A DNA stretch of 64,000 nt from Verrucomicrobiota bacterium. Lineage in GTDB: Bacteria; Verrucomicrobiota; Verrucomicrobiia; Palsa-1439. Both the position numbers and the translations under genes were made by a program. Shown piece after piece: positions 1 to 9,580 of the stretch. The stretch covers positions 3,701 through 67,700 of the forward strand of contig JBAXYB010000002.1 in NCBI GenBank assembly GCA_037127585.1, read 5' to 3'. Below the pieces are notes generated by a model that searched no databases, had not been told where the DNA came from, and saw nothing but the letters and a program-made list of their open reading frames with translations. Every line of letters starts with the position of its first letter. Positions within the stretch are counted from its first letter, which is position 1.

Positions 1-854
1 GTTTCGTCCTCGGCACCGGTAAGCTCCTCTTGAAAGTGCCGGAAACGATGCGCTTCCGGCTCGAAGGCAAAATGCAAAAGGGCGTGATGGCCAAAGACAT
101 CATCCTCCACGTCATCGGCGACATCGGGTTCGACGGCGCGACGTACCGGGCGATGCAGTTTGATGGGCCGGGCGCGAGTTCATTGAACATGGACGACCGG
201 ATGACCATCGCCAACATGGCCATCGAAGCCGGGGGCAAGAACGGCATCTTCGAGCCTGACCAAACAACCTTCGACTACGTCAACGAACGCACGAAATTCA
301 ACGGCACTAAAACCGCCTACGACCCGATCTTCTGCGACAAAGTGCAGTCGTTCTTCTACGACAAAACCTTCGACCTCACCCAACTCGAACCGACCGTCGC
401 CTGCCACCCGAACCCCGGCGTGCGCAAGCTCGCCAAAGAACTCGGCAACATCACCCTCGACCGCGCCTACATCGGCTCATGCACGGGCGGAAAATCCAGC
501 GATTTTTTCGCTTTCGCGCAGATCGTCAAAGGCAAGAAGGTCAAGATCGACACGTTCGGCGTGCCGGCCACCCCCGAAGTCATCGCCGACCTCCACGCCG
601 GCAACATCTGGCAAATCCTCGTGGATGCCGGCGTGCAGATGTCGGAGAATCCCGGCTGCGCCGCCTGTCTCGGCGGACCGGCCGACACGTTTGGCCGCAT
701 GAACAAACCGATGAAATGCATCAGTGCGACCAACCGCAATTTCCCCGGCCGCATGGGCCATCTCGAATCGCAGGTATTCCTCGCCAGCCCCTACACCGTC
801 GCCGCCAGCGCATTAACCGGTAAGATTACGGATCCGCGCGAATACTTGAGTTGA
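1..854 (+). CDS. leuC: 3-isopropylmalate dehydratase / homoaconitase large subunit (aconitase family), 3' portion; the 5' end lies upstream of the window
   Basis: ORF 30..854 is in frame with the window start. Translation carries LeuC C-terminal hallmarks (IGSCTGG ... GCAACLGG, aconitase swivel-free large subunit). Stop at 852-854. Confidence 0.8.
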   Translation, partial: FVLGTGKLLLKVPETMRFRLEGKMQKGVMAKDIILHVIGDIGFDGATYRAMQFDGPGASSLNMDDRMTIANMAIEAGGKNGIFEPDQTTFDYVNERTKFNGTKTAYDPIFCDKVQSFFYDKTFDLTQLEPTVACHPNPGVRKLAKELGNITLDRAYIGSCTGGKSSDFFAFAQIVKGKKVKIDTFGVPATPEVIADLHAGNIWQILVDAGVQMSENPGCAACLGGPADTFGRMNKPMKCISATNRNFPGRMGHLESQVFLASPYTVAASALTGKITDPREYLS

Positions 855-1339
855 TGAAACTCTATTTCCTCCGGCACGCCACAGCGACCGACATCGCGCC
901 GACGGACGAAGCCCGTGCCTTGACGCCGCACGGCGAAGCCGAGGCCAAAAGCGCCGGTCTCGCGCTCGGCAAACTCGGCGCAAAATTGACGCACATCGGA
1001 TGCAGTCCACTCCTCCGCGCCCGGCAAACCGCGGCGATCGTCGCGACGACACTCCAGTTTGCCGGCAAGGTTGAGCCACTGGAGGAACTCGTCAACGGCG
1101 CGCCCACGCTGCTGTTGCTGCAAGCGATCAAAGCGCGGACTGGCGTCAAAGAAATGTTACTCGTCGGTCACATGCCGAGTCTGGCCGGCCATTTAAGCGA
1201 ACTGGTTTTCGAAATCCCGGCATCACGCGCCGGATTTACTCCCGCCGGCGCCGCGTGTGTTGAGTTGGCCCACCTGAAACTCAACGCCGGCCGGCTGCTC
1301 TGGTTCAAGCCGCACAGCGAGCTGGCGAAATCCGCCTGA
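854..1339 (+). CDS. sixA: phosphohistidine phosphatase SixA (histidine phosphatase superfamily)
   Basis: ORF 851..1339. ATG at 854 overlaps the leuC stop (ATGA). LYFLRHA (RHG-type) catalytic motif near the N-terminus; ~160 aa, as for SixA. Confidence 0.65.
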   Translation: MKLYFLRHATATDIAPTDEARALTPHGEAEAKSAGLALGKLGAKLTHIGCSPLLRARQTAAIVATTLQFAGKVEPLEELVNGAPTLLLLQAIKARTGVKEMLLVGHMPSLAGHLSELVFEIPASRAGFTPAGAACVELAHLKLNAGRLLWFKPHSELAKSA

Positions 1340-1488
1340 GCCAGAGCGCAACACCGACGGCTCAAGCATCGAGGACAATTGGGAATTGATATGCTCCCCG
1401 AAAACTGATCCATTCAAACACGAGCTGGGACTGACGAACCGTCAGATCGCTGCCTTAAACCACTCGGCCATCCCTCCTGCCGCGTGGA

Positions 1489-1514
1489 CGCGAGCCACTC
1501 GCGCGGGTTCTTTC
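1489..1514 (+). terminator. weak candidate intrinsic terminator between convergent sixA and arfB (CGCGAG-CCA-CTCGCG hairpin followed by GGGTTCTTTC)
   Basis: Hairpin read directly from the sequence. The T-tract is weak. Confidence 0.25.
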
Positions 1515-1524
1515 AAGACGAGAA

Positions 1525-1923
1525 CTACTCCCATGCGCCGGACCGGCGCGCTTGTTTCTTCGCGCCGTGCTTGGACTTGTCATCGAGCATCCGCGCTTTC
1601 GCGCGCCGACTGCGTTTGCGCTTTTGCCGGCGGATCCGTTCGCGCTCGGCAACCTCGGCGGCAACAAAACCTTTTTGTCGGCCTTCGATTTTGTCGAGCA
1701 ACAGCCGGCGCGCAAGAAACCGATTCAAACCTTGTTGCCGGGTTTCCTGACATTTGACCTGAATGCCGGTCGGACGATGGAGCAACATCACGCAGGATGA
1801 CACCTTGTTGACGTTCTGGCCGCCGTGACCACCGGAGCGGACGAAGGATTCTTCGATGTCCGCCTCCCGCACGCCGAGCGCGGCCATTCGCTGGGTGAGT
1901 TGGAGTTGTTTCTCGGGGTTCAT
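1525..1923 (-). CDS. arfB: alternative ribosome rescue factor ArfB (peptidyl-tRNA hydrolase, RF-1 domain with GGQ)
   Basis: 132-aa ORF with [12 protein letters not shown] (GGQ motif) and a basic C-terminal tail typical of ArfB/YaeJ. Confidence 0.85.
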   Translation of the reverse strand: MNPEKQLQLTQRMAALGVREADIEESFVRSGGHGGQNVNKVSSCVMLLHRPTGIQVKCQETRQQGLNRFLARRLLLDKIEGRQKGFVAAEVAERERIRRQKRKRSRRAKARMLDDKSKHGAKKQARRSGAWE

Positions 1924-2378
1924 CGAACGGAGATGATTTTATAATCCTGGGCGTGAAACTTGAACCGGTCGCCGACCTTCTTGCTGATGAGTTGCTGGCC
2001 GATCGGCGATTCGGGCGTGATGACGAACACGTCTTTGACTTCGATCCCCCCGGCTTTGGGACCGATGAAATACCACATCCGCTCGCCGCGCACTTCGAGT
2101 TCGACGAGGGCGGTGATGGCAATCGGCGACGCGGCGGTGAATTTTGCGAGCGTGAGCGCTTGATAAGCCGCCAACGCTTCTTCGGTCGCGGTGGCTTGCC
2201 GGGCTTGGGAACTGGCGAGGTAGGCGGTTTCGAGGCCGCGCGTGTCGTATTGGTCTTCGGCTTTGTTTTGTTCGTCCGAGGCGTCGGCGTGCATCGCGCG
2301 CGAGGCGCCGACCAACATCTCCAGCTCATCGCCGAGATGTTTGAAGACGTGTTGGAGGATGGCGTTTTTGGAAATCAT
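1920..2378 (-). CDS. GreA/GreB-family transcription elongation factor-like protein
   Basis: ORF 1920..2435. The internal Met at 2378 gives a ~152-aa product. The C-terminal [25 protein letters not shown] resembles the GreA FKBP-like domain. 4-nt overlap with rdgC upstream. Confidence 0.55.
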   Translation of the reverse strand: MISKNAILQHVFKHLGDELEMLVGASRAMHADASDEQNKAEDQYDTRGLETAYLASSQARQATATEEALAAYQALTLAKFTAASPIAITALVELEVRGERMWYFIGPKAGGIEVKDVFVITPESPIGQQLISKKVGDRFKFHAQDYKIISVR

Positions 2379-3445
2379 CGGCGGGTCGAGCGATCGGCGG
2401 CCCATTGGTGAATTTCTTTTTGAGCGGCGTTCCATTTTTTTGCGTCACTGCGTTCAGCCAGAAACCGGTCGAACAACTCCAAGAGTATACACCGGAACGC
2501 GTCGAGTTTGAGCAGCCGATCTTGGAAACGGGAAACGGGTTCGAGGACTTCCTTCGGCTCCGGCATCTTGAGCGACCGGAAGACGAACAGTTCGGTGTCA
2601 AACGACACCGACCACGCCTCATCGGCGCGGGCGATCAAGAGTTTGGCGCGGCGCAGTTTTTTGCCGCTGAGCAGCGCGGTCTTGGCTTCGGCGCTGACCG
2701 TCGGCAACCCTTTGCGCAATGTGATTTCGTGCGCGCCCGCGCCGGCCCGCGTGAACAGCAGCGGCCCTTCCAAAGCCACGCCGACGTCGCCAAATTCCTT
2801 GCTTTTGAAAATCCCGCCGCGCGCTTCGGAGACGAACCAGACCCACGTCAGGAAATCGAGGCCGGGCGCGTCTTCCATTTCTTCGTCCATCACCTCGGGC
2901 GAGAAACTGGTCCGCGCCCAATCCCGCACGTCCACCCGCTGGCGCTCGGCTGCCGCGGTGGCGACGCCGACCGGGATGAGTTTGATGCCGGTCGTGTTGT
3001 GAAAGTGAAAAGTGAAAACATCCGTCTGACTCTCCGACAACGCGCCGGCATACACCAAGCGGGCGCGCGCGTCGTAGACAAAGGGAATTCCTTTCAGCGT
3101 TGGCGGCATGTCCGGCAGGAGGCGGCTCAAGATTTGTTTGCGAATCTCGCTCCGGGTTTTGCGGTCGACGAACGGCTTGTTCTCCGCGCGCATGTAGGCG
3201 ACTTCTTCGAGCATGCACTCGGCGCGCAGCAACGACGTCGGCACCTTGCGTTCGGCTTTCAGCAAGACCAGGCGCAAATAGCCGGCGTAGATCGCATTGT
3301 CCTCTGTGATGGGTACGTCGAGTAAATGCCGGCCGCCAACCCAACCTTGGGCGACTTCGATGCCGATGGATTTCAACGGCGGCGCGGCGTGTTTGGCGAA
3401 CCGCTCCACCGCATCTTGCGGCAGCGGGTGCGCGAGATAAAACAT
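2375..3445 (-). CDS. rdgC: recombination-associated protein RdgC-like
   Basis: ORF 2375..3478. N-terminal region (MFYLAH ... AQGWV) and length fit the RdgC family. Start chosen at the Met corresponding to the RdgC N-terminus (3445); the longer start at 3478 is possible. Confidence 0.55.
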   Translation of the reverse strand: MFYLAHPLPQDAVERFAKHAAPPLKSIGIEVAQGWVGGRHLLDVPITEDNAIYAGYLRLVLLKAERKVPTSLLRAECMLEEVAYMRAENKPFVDRKTRSEIRKQILSRLLPDMPPTLKGIPFVYDARARLVYAGALSESQTDVFTFHFHNTTGIKLIPVGVATAAAERQRVDVRDWARTSFSPEVMDEEMEDAPGLDFLTWVWFVSEARGGIFKSKEFGDVGVALEGPLLFTRAGAGAHEITLRKGLPTVSAEAKTALLSGKKLRRAKLLIARADEAWSVSFDTELFVFRSLKMPEPKEVLEPVSRFQDRLLKLDAFRCILLELFDRFLAERSDAKKWNAAQKEIHQWAADRSTRR

Positions 3446-3547
3446 CCGGAATGCGACTGATCCTGATTCAAATGACATGCAAATTTCCTTCGGGTGAAGC
3501 GCGGCTTATACCACGAGATGCCCCGGGGACGAAAGGAAACGTGCCGG

Positions 3548-4075
3548 CTAGTCGACCGCGACGTAGACGATCCAGTTGGAGAAAATCAAGATCTGGTTGG
3601 CGCCCGCGTGGAATGGGACTTCCACCCGGTCCGCATCGGGATGATAACCGCGCAGTTCCTTGCCTTGCCACACGAGGTTGCCATTCACCCAGACCGCGAA
3701 TCCGGGCGAGCCCCCCAACTGTAAAGTCGCTTTCTTTTCGCTCGCCGCATTAACGATGGTGAGCGCGAAGGCGCCCGTCGTTGTCGAGGCCATGCCGGGG
3801 TGCGTGGGGACAACGACCTGCCCTAATGGCATGACGCCGCCGCGTTGAATCCAACATTCCTGCCACCAACTGGTCTGGGCGGCTTCCGATTCCCGGTCAA
3901 ACTTCCGCCAGCCGGCTTTGAGCAGATCCGTTTCAGCGGGAAGTTCCGGCACGGGTGGATAGGGCGTCCCGGCTTTCCAAGGTGTGGCCGGCGCGATGGA
4001 CCACTCGGTCAACATTCCCGGCTCGACGGAAACTTTCTCGATGAGCGGGGCCGAGCAACCGAGCGCATCGAGCAC
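3548..4075 (-). CDS. hypothetical protein, possibly a C-terminal fragment of a larger carbohydrate-binding protein; lies in a gene-decay region
   Basis: 175-aa ORF with protein-like composition (GAFALTIVNAASEKKATLQLGGSPGFAVWVNGNLVWQG) but no signal peptide or recognisable N-terminus. Flanked by stop-interrupted frames. Confidence 0.3.
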   Translation of the reverse strand: MLDALGCSAPLIEKVSVEPGMLTEWSIAPATPWKAGTPYPPVPELPAETDLLKAGWRKFDRESEAAQTSWWQECWIQRGGVMPLGQVVVPTHPGMASTTTGAFALTIVNAASEKKATLQLGGSPGFAVWVNGNLVWQGKELRGYHPDADRVEVPFHAGANQILIFSNWIVYVAVD

Positions 4076-4112
4076 CGCGCGACCCAGCGTCCGCCAGCCG
4101 TTCTTCGTATGA

Positions 4113-4715
4113 TGGACGCCGTCCGGTCCCCAGAGAATCTACGCCGACTCCGCCGGCGGCGTTCGCCGGTCGGAGACAGCGTTCGCCTCGGCGATTGACG
4201 CCGCGCGCGTCCCGAGTCGGATCTTTGGGGTCCAAGATGCCGGGCGGGATGGCGAGCATCTGGAGCAGATACCGGCGGACCAGGTGGCGTGGGAGTTGGC
4301 GGAAAGTCGGAAACAGTTGGAGGATTTATTCCAGCGCCCCATCCGCGGCTTCGCCTATCCGTACAGCACGTACAGTCCGTCTGTGAAAGAGGAAGTTCGC
4401 CGGTAAGGCTCCGTCTACGCGCGGACGGCTATTCCCGGCCCCGAGTACGCCGTCGCACCGATCAACGTCCCCTCGGTCTTTCCACCCACTGACCCCATGG
4501 AGTTTGGGACCACGACACATCGGTTGAACCCGCGCATTTGGGACGAGTTTAACCACACGAAGGTCACCGGCGGCGTGTTTCATTTCTGGGGACACAGTTA
4601 CGAATTCTTGAACGAAACGATGTGGAAAGAATTTGAAGCGAAGCGCGCCCGGCTCAGCGCCGATCCGGACGTTCGCTGGATGACCAACCTCGATCTCTTC
4701 AACGAACCGCGATAA
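4113..4715 (+). pseudogene. polysaccharide deacetylase-family gene remnant (C-terminal part only) interrupted by an in-frame TAA at ~4404-4406
   Basis: A single reading frame (phase of ORF 4497..4715) translates ...LEDLFQRPIRGFAYPYSTYSPSVKEEVRR*GSVYARTAIPGPEY...MEFGTT...GGVFHFWGHSYEF. FAYPYx...EEVRRaGY.yA.Tt.pG is the typical PF01522 C-terminal pattern. The stop falls where Ala/Gly-Tyr is expected. TGA at 4110-4112 closes the frame upstream, so no intact N-terminal catalytic half is present. Confidence 0.5.
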
Positions 4716-5688
4716 CGGTTTCCCGCTCCACCGACTCAATTGCCGCCGCCAAAACTTTCTGCGCCGCGAGTCCATCGGCACCGGAGCCATCGATCTGCTC
4801 AGGCGCCACACCGCCGGCAACCTCTTCCACGAACTTGTTGATCCGGTTGCGGAAGGTGTCTTCAAAATCGCGCATCCCCCCGAAAATCGGATTGGTGTAG
4901 ACGGTTTTTTCCAATGTCTCGGCCGGGTAGAGCGTGACTTCCCGGAACATATCGTCGAGGACGAAGCGGCCACCGGTGCCGGCCACTTCGCAGCGTTCCA
5001 TCGGATGGCCGCGCCCGATGTCGTAGCTGCCGGTCAGCGAGCCGACGACGCCATTCTTAAAACGCAAGTTGAACTGCGCCGTGGACCAGATCTTGCGTCC
5101 CGGCGCCTTGGTCGCGAAGCAGTGCACCGCGTCGATGTCGCCGCAGTAGTACCGCATGATATCGATGGTGTGCGGATGCAGCGCCTTGAGATGAAAGTAG
5201 GGCGAACTTTCGTTGGGGTTCATGATCCACATGCCCATGTTGATGAAGAGCAAGTGGCCGAGCCGTCCCTCCGTCACCCACTTCTTCGCGAGCACCGCGG
5301 CCGGGGTGAACCGGTGATTCAAATTCACCCCGAGCGAAAGGCCTTTGACGCGCGCCGTGGCCACCATCTCTTCCGCCTGCGCGATGTCATTGCTGATCGG
5401 TTTCTCACAGAGCACATGGCAACCGGCTTCGAGGGCCTGCAACGTCGGCGCGTAGTGCTCGCTGCCGTATTCGTAACCGCCGGTCGCCACACTACAAATG
5501 GCCGGCTTCAGTTTCGCCAGCATCTCCCGCGCATCGAGAAAATGCGGGACGTCAAACGACTTGCCGGCGGCGGCGGCGCGGTCGGGGCGCAGGTCGCAGA
5601 CGCCCGCCAATTCCGCCAGCGGATTCTCTTGATACAACTTCGCATGCCGGTTCCCAATCGGCCCCATCCCGATGACGCAGACTTTCAT
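4699..5688 (-). CDS. Gfo/Idh/MocA-family NAD(P)-dependent oxidoreductase
   Basis: 329 aa. N-terminal Rossmann VCVIGMGPIGNRHAKL and the family motif CEKPIS...LGVNLNHRF. Confidence 0.85.
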   Translation of the reverse strand: MKVCVIGMGPIGNRHAKLYQENPLAELAGVCDLRPDRAAAAGKSFDVPHFLDAREMLAKLKPAICSVATGGYEYGSEHYAPTLQALEAGCHVLCEKPISNDIAQAEEMVATARVKGLSLGVNLNHRFTPAAVLAKKWVTEGRLGHLLFINMGMWIMNPNESSPYFHLKALHPHTIDIMRYYCGDIDAVHCFATKAPGRKIWSTAQFNLRFKNGVVGSLTGSYDIGRGHPMERCEVAGTGGRFVLDDMFREVTLYPAETLEKTVYTNPIFGGMRDFEDTFRNRINKFVEEVAGGVAPEQIDGSGADGLAAQKVLAAAIESVERETVIAVR

Positions 5689-6398
5689 TTGTATTTGTAT
5701 GCCTGCAATGCCGGCGCGAAGAAATCAAAATCGTGCACGCCGGTATCGGTCTGCCACCGGCCAATCACGTCGGGACGCACCGGAATGCGGGCCAGCGGAA
5801 TCCCGAGAAACTTCTCCAGGCGCTTGAGCGTTTTCTCCTGGTGCAGGACAAAATCCTCGAAGCGCACTTCGATCCAGTGCGCCGGGCGCGGTGTGGCTTT
5901 CACGAGATCGTATTGATACTTCCAGGAAATCGCGCGCCGGCGCCGTTCGTCGTCCGTTACCGGGTACTTGATTCCGAAACCTCGCAGATCGTCCGTCACG
6001 TGGTGGCCGATGATGCAATCCCGTGGGTCACGAATCCAGAAGATATATTTGATGTCCGGGAACAAGCGTTGGATCCACGGATACGCCAGCGTCGTCTCCG
6101 GTATCTTCCAGCCCCGGTGATCCGCGGCACTTTTCAGGACGGACTTCAAATACGAGTCGATGAGGCGCTGGAACTTGGCCGGAATTCTCTTTTTGTGTAA
6201 CGCGCTGAAATCCCAGTTCAACTCGCCCAGCCATTTGACGTGGGGCGCGAGGACCCGGCAAGCGTCATACATTTCTTCCGGCGGGAGGAGATCGCCGGAC
6301 ACGTTCAGCGGTGCGCCCATGTCCACGCCGCTGGCCGACAGCGTGTGCGACATCGCGCGCGTGCCGGAATGGCCCCGGCCAATGACGGTGACCAGCAT
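5685..6398 (-). CDS. PAPS-dependent sulfotransferase (Sulfotransfer_3 / Stf-type)
   Basis: ORF 5685..6608. Internal ATG at 6398 abuts the stop of the upstream gene. 5'-PSB motif GRGHSGTRAM and 3'-PB motif WIRDPRDxIIGH are present. Confidence 0.8.
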   Translation of the reverse strand: MLVTVIGRGHSGTRAMSHTLSASGVDMGAPLNVSGDLLPPEEMYDACRVLAPHVKWLGELNWDFSALHKKRIPAKFQRLIDSYLKSVLKSAADHRGWKIPETTLAYPWIQRLFPDIKYIFWIRDPRDCIIGHHVTDDLRGFGIKYPVTDDERRRRAISWKYQYDLVKATPRPAHWIEVRFEDFVLHQEKTLKRLEKFLGIPLARIPVRPDVIGRWQTDTGVHDFDFFAPALQAYKYK

Positions 6399-6399
6399 C

Positions 6400-7818
6400 T
6401 CAGATCTTCGATCCGCGTTGGGTTTCGTGTTCCTTGCGGACGGCGTTCGCCTGCAACTTTTGCGCGGCGACCATCGAGCCGATGTACATCGAATCGTAGG
6501 CCTGCTGCGAGGTCTTGAATGGCCCGAATTCATTGCCGTGCCAGTTGAGGTTTGTGAACATCGGGTTCGGTCGGCCGGTCTCTTTCTCGCGCTTGGCGAT
6601 CCACGCATTCATCCGCGCATCGAGCAGCTTCACGATCTCCGGTTCCTTCTTGGCGAGGTTGTGATTTTCCAATGGATCGCGCACGAGGTCGTAGAGTTCG
6701 ACTTCCGGTTTGAAATGGAAGTCCGGTTCCAAGGCGCGGATGTATTTCCACTGCGGTGTCCGCCAACCGTGTTTCCGCATCCACGTGCATTCCGTGATGT
6801 AAAACTCCGGCTCCACCTCACGCACTTTACCGCGCATCACCGGCGCGAGACTCCGCCCGTTGTATTTGATGCCGGTTTTGACGCCCATCAGGTCGAGAAT
6901 CGTCGGCGTCGTGTCCTTGGCTTGCGTGATGTCGGCGAACCGTTTCCCCGCCGGCACCTTGCCTGGCCAGACAAACGCCAGCGGCAACACCAATGTCGGC
7001 TCATACAAACCGTGGTGATCAAAGTAGCATTCGTGTTCATCAAGCGTCTCGCCGTGGTCGGCGGTGATGACTACCAGCGTGTCTTCGGTCAACCCGAGCG
7101 CGGTGATCTGCGCGAACAGATTCGCAATGGCCGCGTCCATGTACGCGACCGCCCCATCGTACTGGGCGTTCACGTATTCCGCGTCGGTGCAACCCTCTGG
7201 CAACCAGCTCGTGATGTAATCGCGAAACGGCTTGAACGCCTTCATCTTGTCCAGCGAATGATTACCGGGGTCGCTCTCGTTACCTTGGTAGAACATCCGC
7301 TCGAACGGCAACGGCGGCAGATACGGCGAGTGCGGATCCATGTGGCGCAAGAAAAGGAAAAACGGCTTGTCGTCACCGGCGAGCCGCGTCAACTCCGGGA
7401 TTGTCACCTTGTTCAACTCTTCCGCCTTCGGACTCCGGCCGCCCTGCGTGCCGGGGCCCCAGCCGGGAAATTCGAGGTACTTCTGAAACCCGCGCGAAGC
7501 CGGGTTGCCGCCAAACCCGACGCACGTCGTCTGGTAACCGGCCTCGCCGAGAATTTCCGCCAGTGTTTTCACGTGCGCCCCCAGCGGGCCGGCATGCCGG
7601 AGCGCCACCACATCCGTCCCGAAACAATCCATCCCGGTAAACATCGAGCTGTAGCCCGGCGTCGTCGGGATGTGCGGACTGAAATGACTCTCAAACACCG
7701 TCCCTTGCGCCGCGAACTTGTCGATATGCGGCGTTGTCAGCCGGTGATACCCGTACAAACTCATGTGGTCCCGCCGCAGACTGTCGATCCCGAACAGAAT
7801 TAGATTTGGTTTTTTCAT
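6400..7818 (-). CDS. sulfatase-family (alkaline phosphatase superfamily) protein lacking the formylglycine motif (T-T-P-G-Y in place of C/S-x-P-S-R); cytoplasmic
   Basis: 472 aa. Sulfatase signatures GIDSLRRD, LFLRHMDPHSPY, VVITADHGE and YDLVRDPLENHNLA are present. No signal peptide. The nucleophile position carries Thr. Confidence 0.8.
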   Translation of the reverse strand: MKKPNLILFGIDSLRRDHMSLYGYHRLTTPHIDKFAAQGTVFESHFSPHIPTTPGYSSMFTGMDCFGTDVVALRHAGPLGAHVKTLAEILGEAGYQTTCVGFGGNPASRGFQKYLEFPGWGPGTQGGRSPKAEELNKVTIPELTRLAGDDKPFFLFLRHMDPHSPYLPPLPFERMFYQGNESDPGNHSLDKMKAFKPFRDYITSWLPEGCTDAEYVNAQYDGAVAYMDAAIANLFAQITALGLTEDTLVVITADHGETLDEHECYFDHHGLYEPTLVLPLAFVWPGKVPAGKRFADITQAKDTTPTILDLMGVKTGIKYNGRSLAPVMRGKVREVEPEFYITECTWMRKHGWRTPQWKYIRALEPDFHFKPEVELYDLVRDPLENHNLAKKEPEIVKLLDARMNAWIAKREKETGRPNPMFTNLNWHGNEFGPFKTSQQAYDSMYIGSMVAAQKLQANAVRKEHETQRGSKI

Positions 7819-8798
7819 AAACTGATTCGCTTTCCTTGTTTGTCCGATTCATAACACGCCAGCACCAGCCGCAACACCTCCCGGCCTTCCGCCGCCGTCG
7901 CGAGCGATGGTCGTTTACTCTGGAGAAACTCGAGCAGCGGCCCGGCCAGACCGCGGATCCGCTCCCCGTGATCCTTGATCTCCGGCAACTCACTGGCCGT
8001 CCACTTCTCATCGCGAAACCACTTCAACTGCGGTCCCGCGCCCGGCGGCCGCGGCCCATTGCAACTCGGCACATCGCCGTAGTTCTGGATGATCACGCCG
8101 CGCTCGCAAATCACTTCCGTGACATTCTCCCCAGCCAACGCCAAGAAACTGCACGACACCTCGCCGAGCGCCCCATCCGCATACCGGAATAACGCGATGC
8201 CGGTATCGTTCGCCAGCGACATTGTGCTCAACTCCGCGCTGACGCTGACCGGCAGACCTTTGAGCCAATAGAGAAAATCAATCGGATGCGCCGCGTCGTC
8301 GGCGAAAATGTCGCGATTCAATTCCGGTTGGACATGCCACGATTTGTCGAAATCCTTGAACGTCTGGGTTGGTAACCCATGCCGGCGGCGCACCATGTAA
8401 ACCTTGCCGAACTCCGGCAAGAGCGCCTTCAGTTGCAGGTTGTGCGGATCGACGCGCATCTGCCACGCGAGCGTGAACGGCACATTCTTTGTCGCCGCCA
8501 CAATCCGGTCAGCCTCCGCCAACGTCAGCGCGAGCGGTTTCTGCAAGATGATGGCCTTGCCGGCGGCGGCGGCTTGTTCGACCAGTTCCGCGTGCCGGGA
8601 AGTCTCGGAGGCGATGACGACCGCGTCCACTTGCCGGAGGACATCCGCGACGGAGTCGGCGACTGGAATGCCGGACTTTTTCGCGCGCTCGACATCATGA
8701 TCCCAACCGGCCACGAGTTGCACATCGTCACGCTTCCGCCATTCGCCGATGTACATCCCGACGTGACCGTGCGCGAAACCGAGGATGCCGAGATTCAT
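7815..8798 (-). CDS. Gfo/Idh/MocA-family oxidoreductase
   Basis: ORF 7815..8864. Start at the Met giving MNLGILGFAHGHVG (8798), which abuts the next gene's stop. QKPLALT family motif. Confidence 0.8.
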   Translation of the reverse strand: MNLGILGFAHGHVGMYIGEWRKRDDVQLVAGWDHDVERAKKSGIPVADSVADVLRQVDAVVIASETSRHAELVEQAAAAGKAIILQKPLALTLAEADRIVAATKNVPFTLAWQMRVDPHNLQLKALLPEFGKVYMVRRRHGLPTQTFKDFDKSWHVQPELNRDIFADDAAHPIDFLYWLKGLPVSVSAELSTMSLANDTGIALFRYADGALGEVSCSFLALAGENVTEVICERGVIIQNYGDVPSCNGPRPPGAGPQLKWFRDEKWTASELPEIKDHGERIRGLAGPLLEFLQSKRPSLATAAEGREVLRLVLACYESDKQGKRISL

Positions 8799-9568
8799 CG
8801 TGCTCCGCTGGCTTGGAGACAGGCTTGCATGTGACCGCGCGCTTCCGCCGCGATGGCGACGCACCGGGGAATGTCATACTCCTTTGCGCCGATGACTTCC
8901 AAGTCGACTGGGCCGGTATAACCCGCTTGATGCAACGTGCGGATGTAGCCGAGCAAATCAATCTCGCCCCGGCCGTTGGCTTGCATCTCGGGGGTGCCGG
9001 GATTTTGTTGTCGGCCCTTGCAGTCGCGGATGTGAACGTGCTTGATGCGCTTCACGACCGCGCTGAGCGCATCGACCGGGTTTTCGTTCGCGCGATGAAT
9101 GTGACTCGGATCCATATCCAGCCCGATGGCCGGGATCGCCTGCAAGGCGCGCAGCGTCGTCGGTGTGTTGTAGATCGCCGCGCCGACGTGAGCCTTGAAG
9201 CACAACGTAACGCCGTACTTGCCGGCTAGGGCGGCGAGTTTACCGAGGGAGTCGATGGATTGCTGGAACGTCGCCTCGTCGTTGCTCTTGCCGCCGGGGC
9301 CGCAGTTGACGATGGGGCAACCCATGGCGGCTGCGGCTTGGAAGGCGACCTCCATTGTGGCCGGGTCTTGCGACGGCTGTTCCATCGCGAGAATCGGGAC
9401 GTTGTACTTCGCCGACAGCTCCTTGAGCGCTACCGGCCCGATCATGTGGTCGCTCATGCCGTTGATGGCGGAAATCTCCAAGCCATCATAACCACAGATG
9501 GCCGCATACTTGAACGCGGTCTCGACATCGTGACCGCCAAAGAGAACAGAATTAAAGCCGATTTTCAT
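8795..9568 (-). CDS. sugar phosphate isomerase/epimerase (xylose isomerase-like TIM barrel)
   Basis: 257 aa. Typical AP endonuclease 2 / IolI-like pattern (GYDGLEIS ... HVHIRD). Confidence 0.8.
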   Translation of the reverse strand: MKIGFNSVLFGGHDVETAFKYAAICGYDGLEISAINGMSDHMIGPVALKELSAKYNVPILAMEQPSQDPATMEVAFQAAAAMGCPIVNCGPGGKSNDEATFQQSIDSLGKLAALAGKYGVTLCFKAHVGAAIYNTPTTLRALQAIPAIGLDMDPSHIHRANENPVDALSAVVKRIKHVHIRDCKGRQQNPGTPEMQANGRGEIDLLGYIRTLHQAGYTGPVDLEVIGAKEYDIPRCVAIAAEARGHMQACLQASGAR

Positions 9569-9580
9569 AGGGAACTCCGG

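Noticed and set aside
1580-2329. 249-aa minus-strand ORF overlapping arfB/greA-like in another frame (Pro/Arg/Ser-rich)
   Set aside because: Low-complexity out-of-frame reading of real genes; no start context.
4326-4973. 215-aa minus-strand ORF overlapping the deacetylase remnant and the Gfo/Idh/MocA gene end
   Set aside because: Arg/Ser/Trp-rich translation without motifs; overlaps better-supported frames.
6160-7803. 547-aa plus-strand ORF antisense to the sulfatase-family and sulfotransferase genes
   Set aside because: Arg/Pro-rich nonsense translation; the minus strand carries two genes with clear family motifs.
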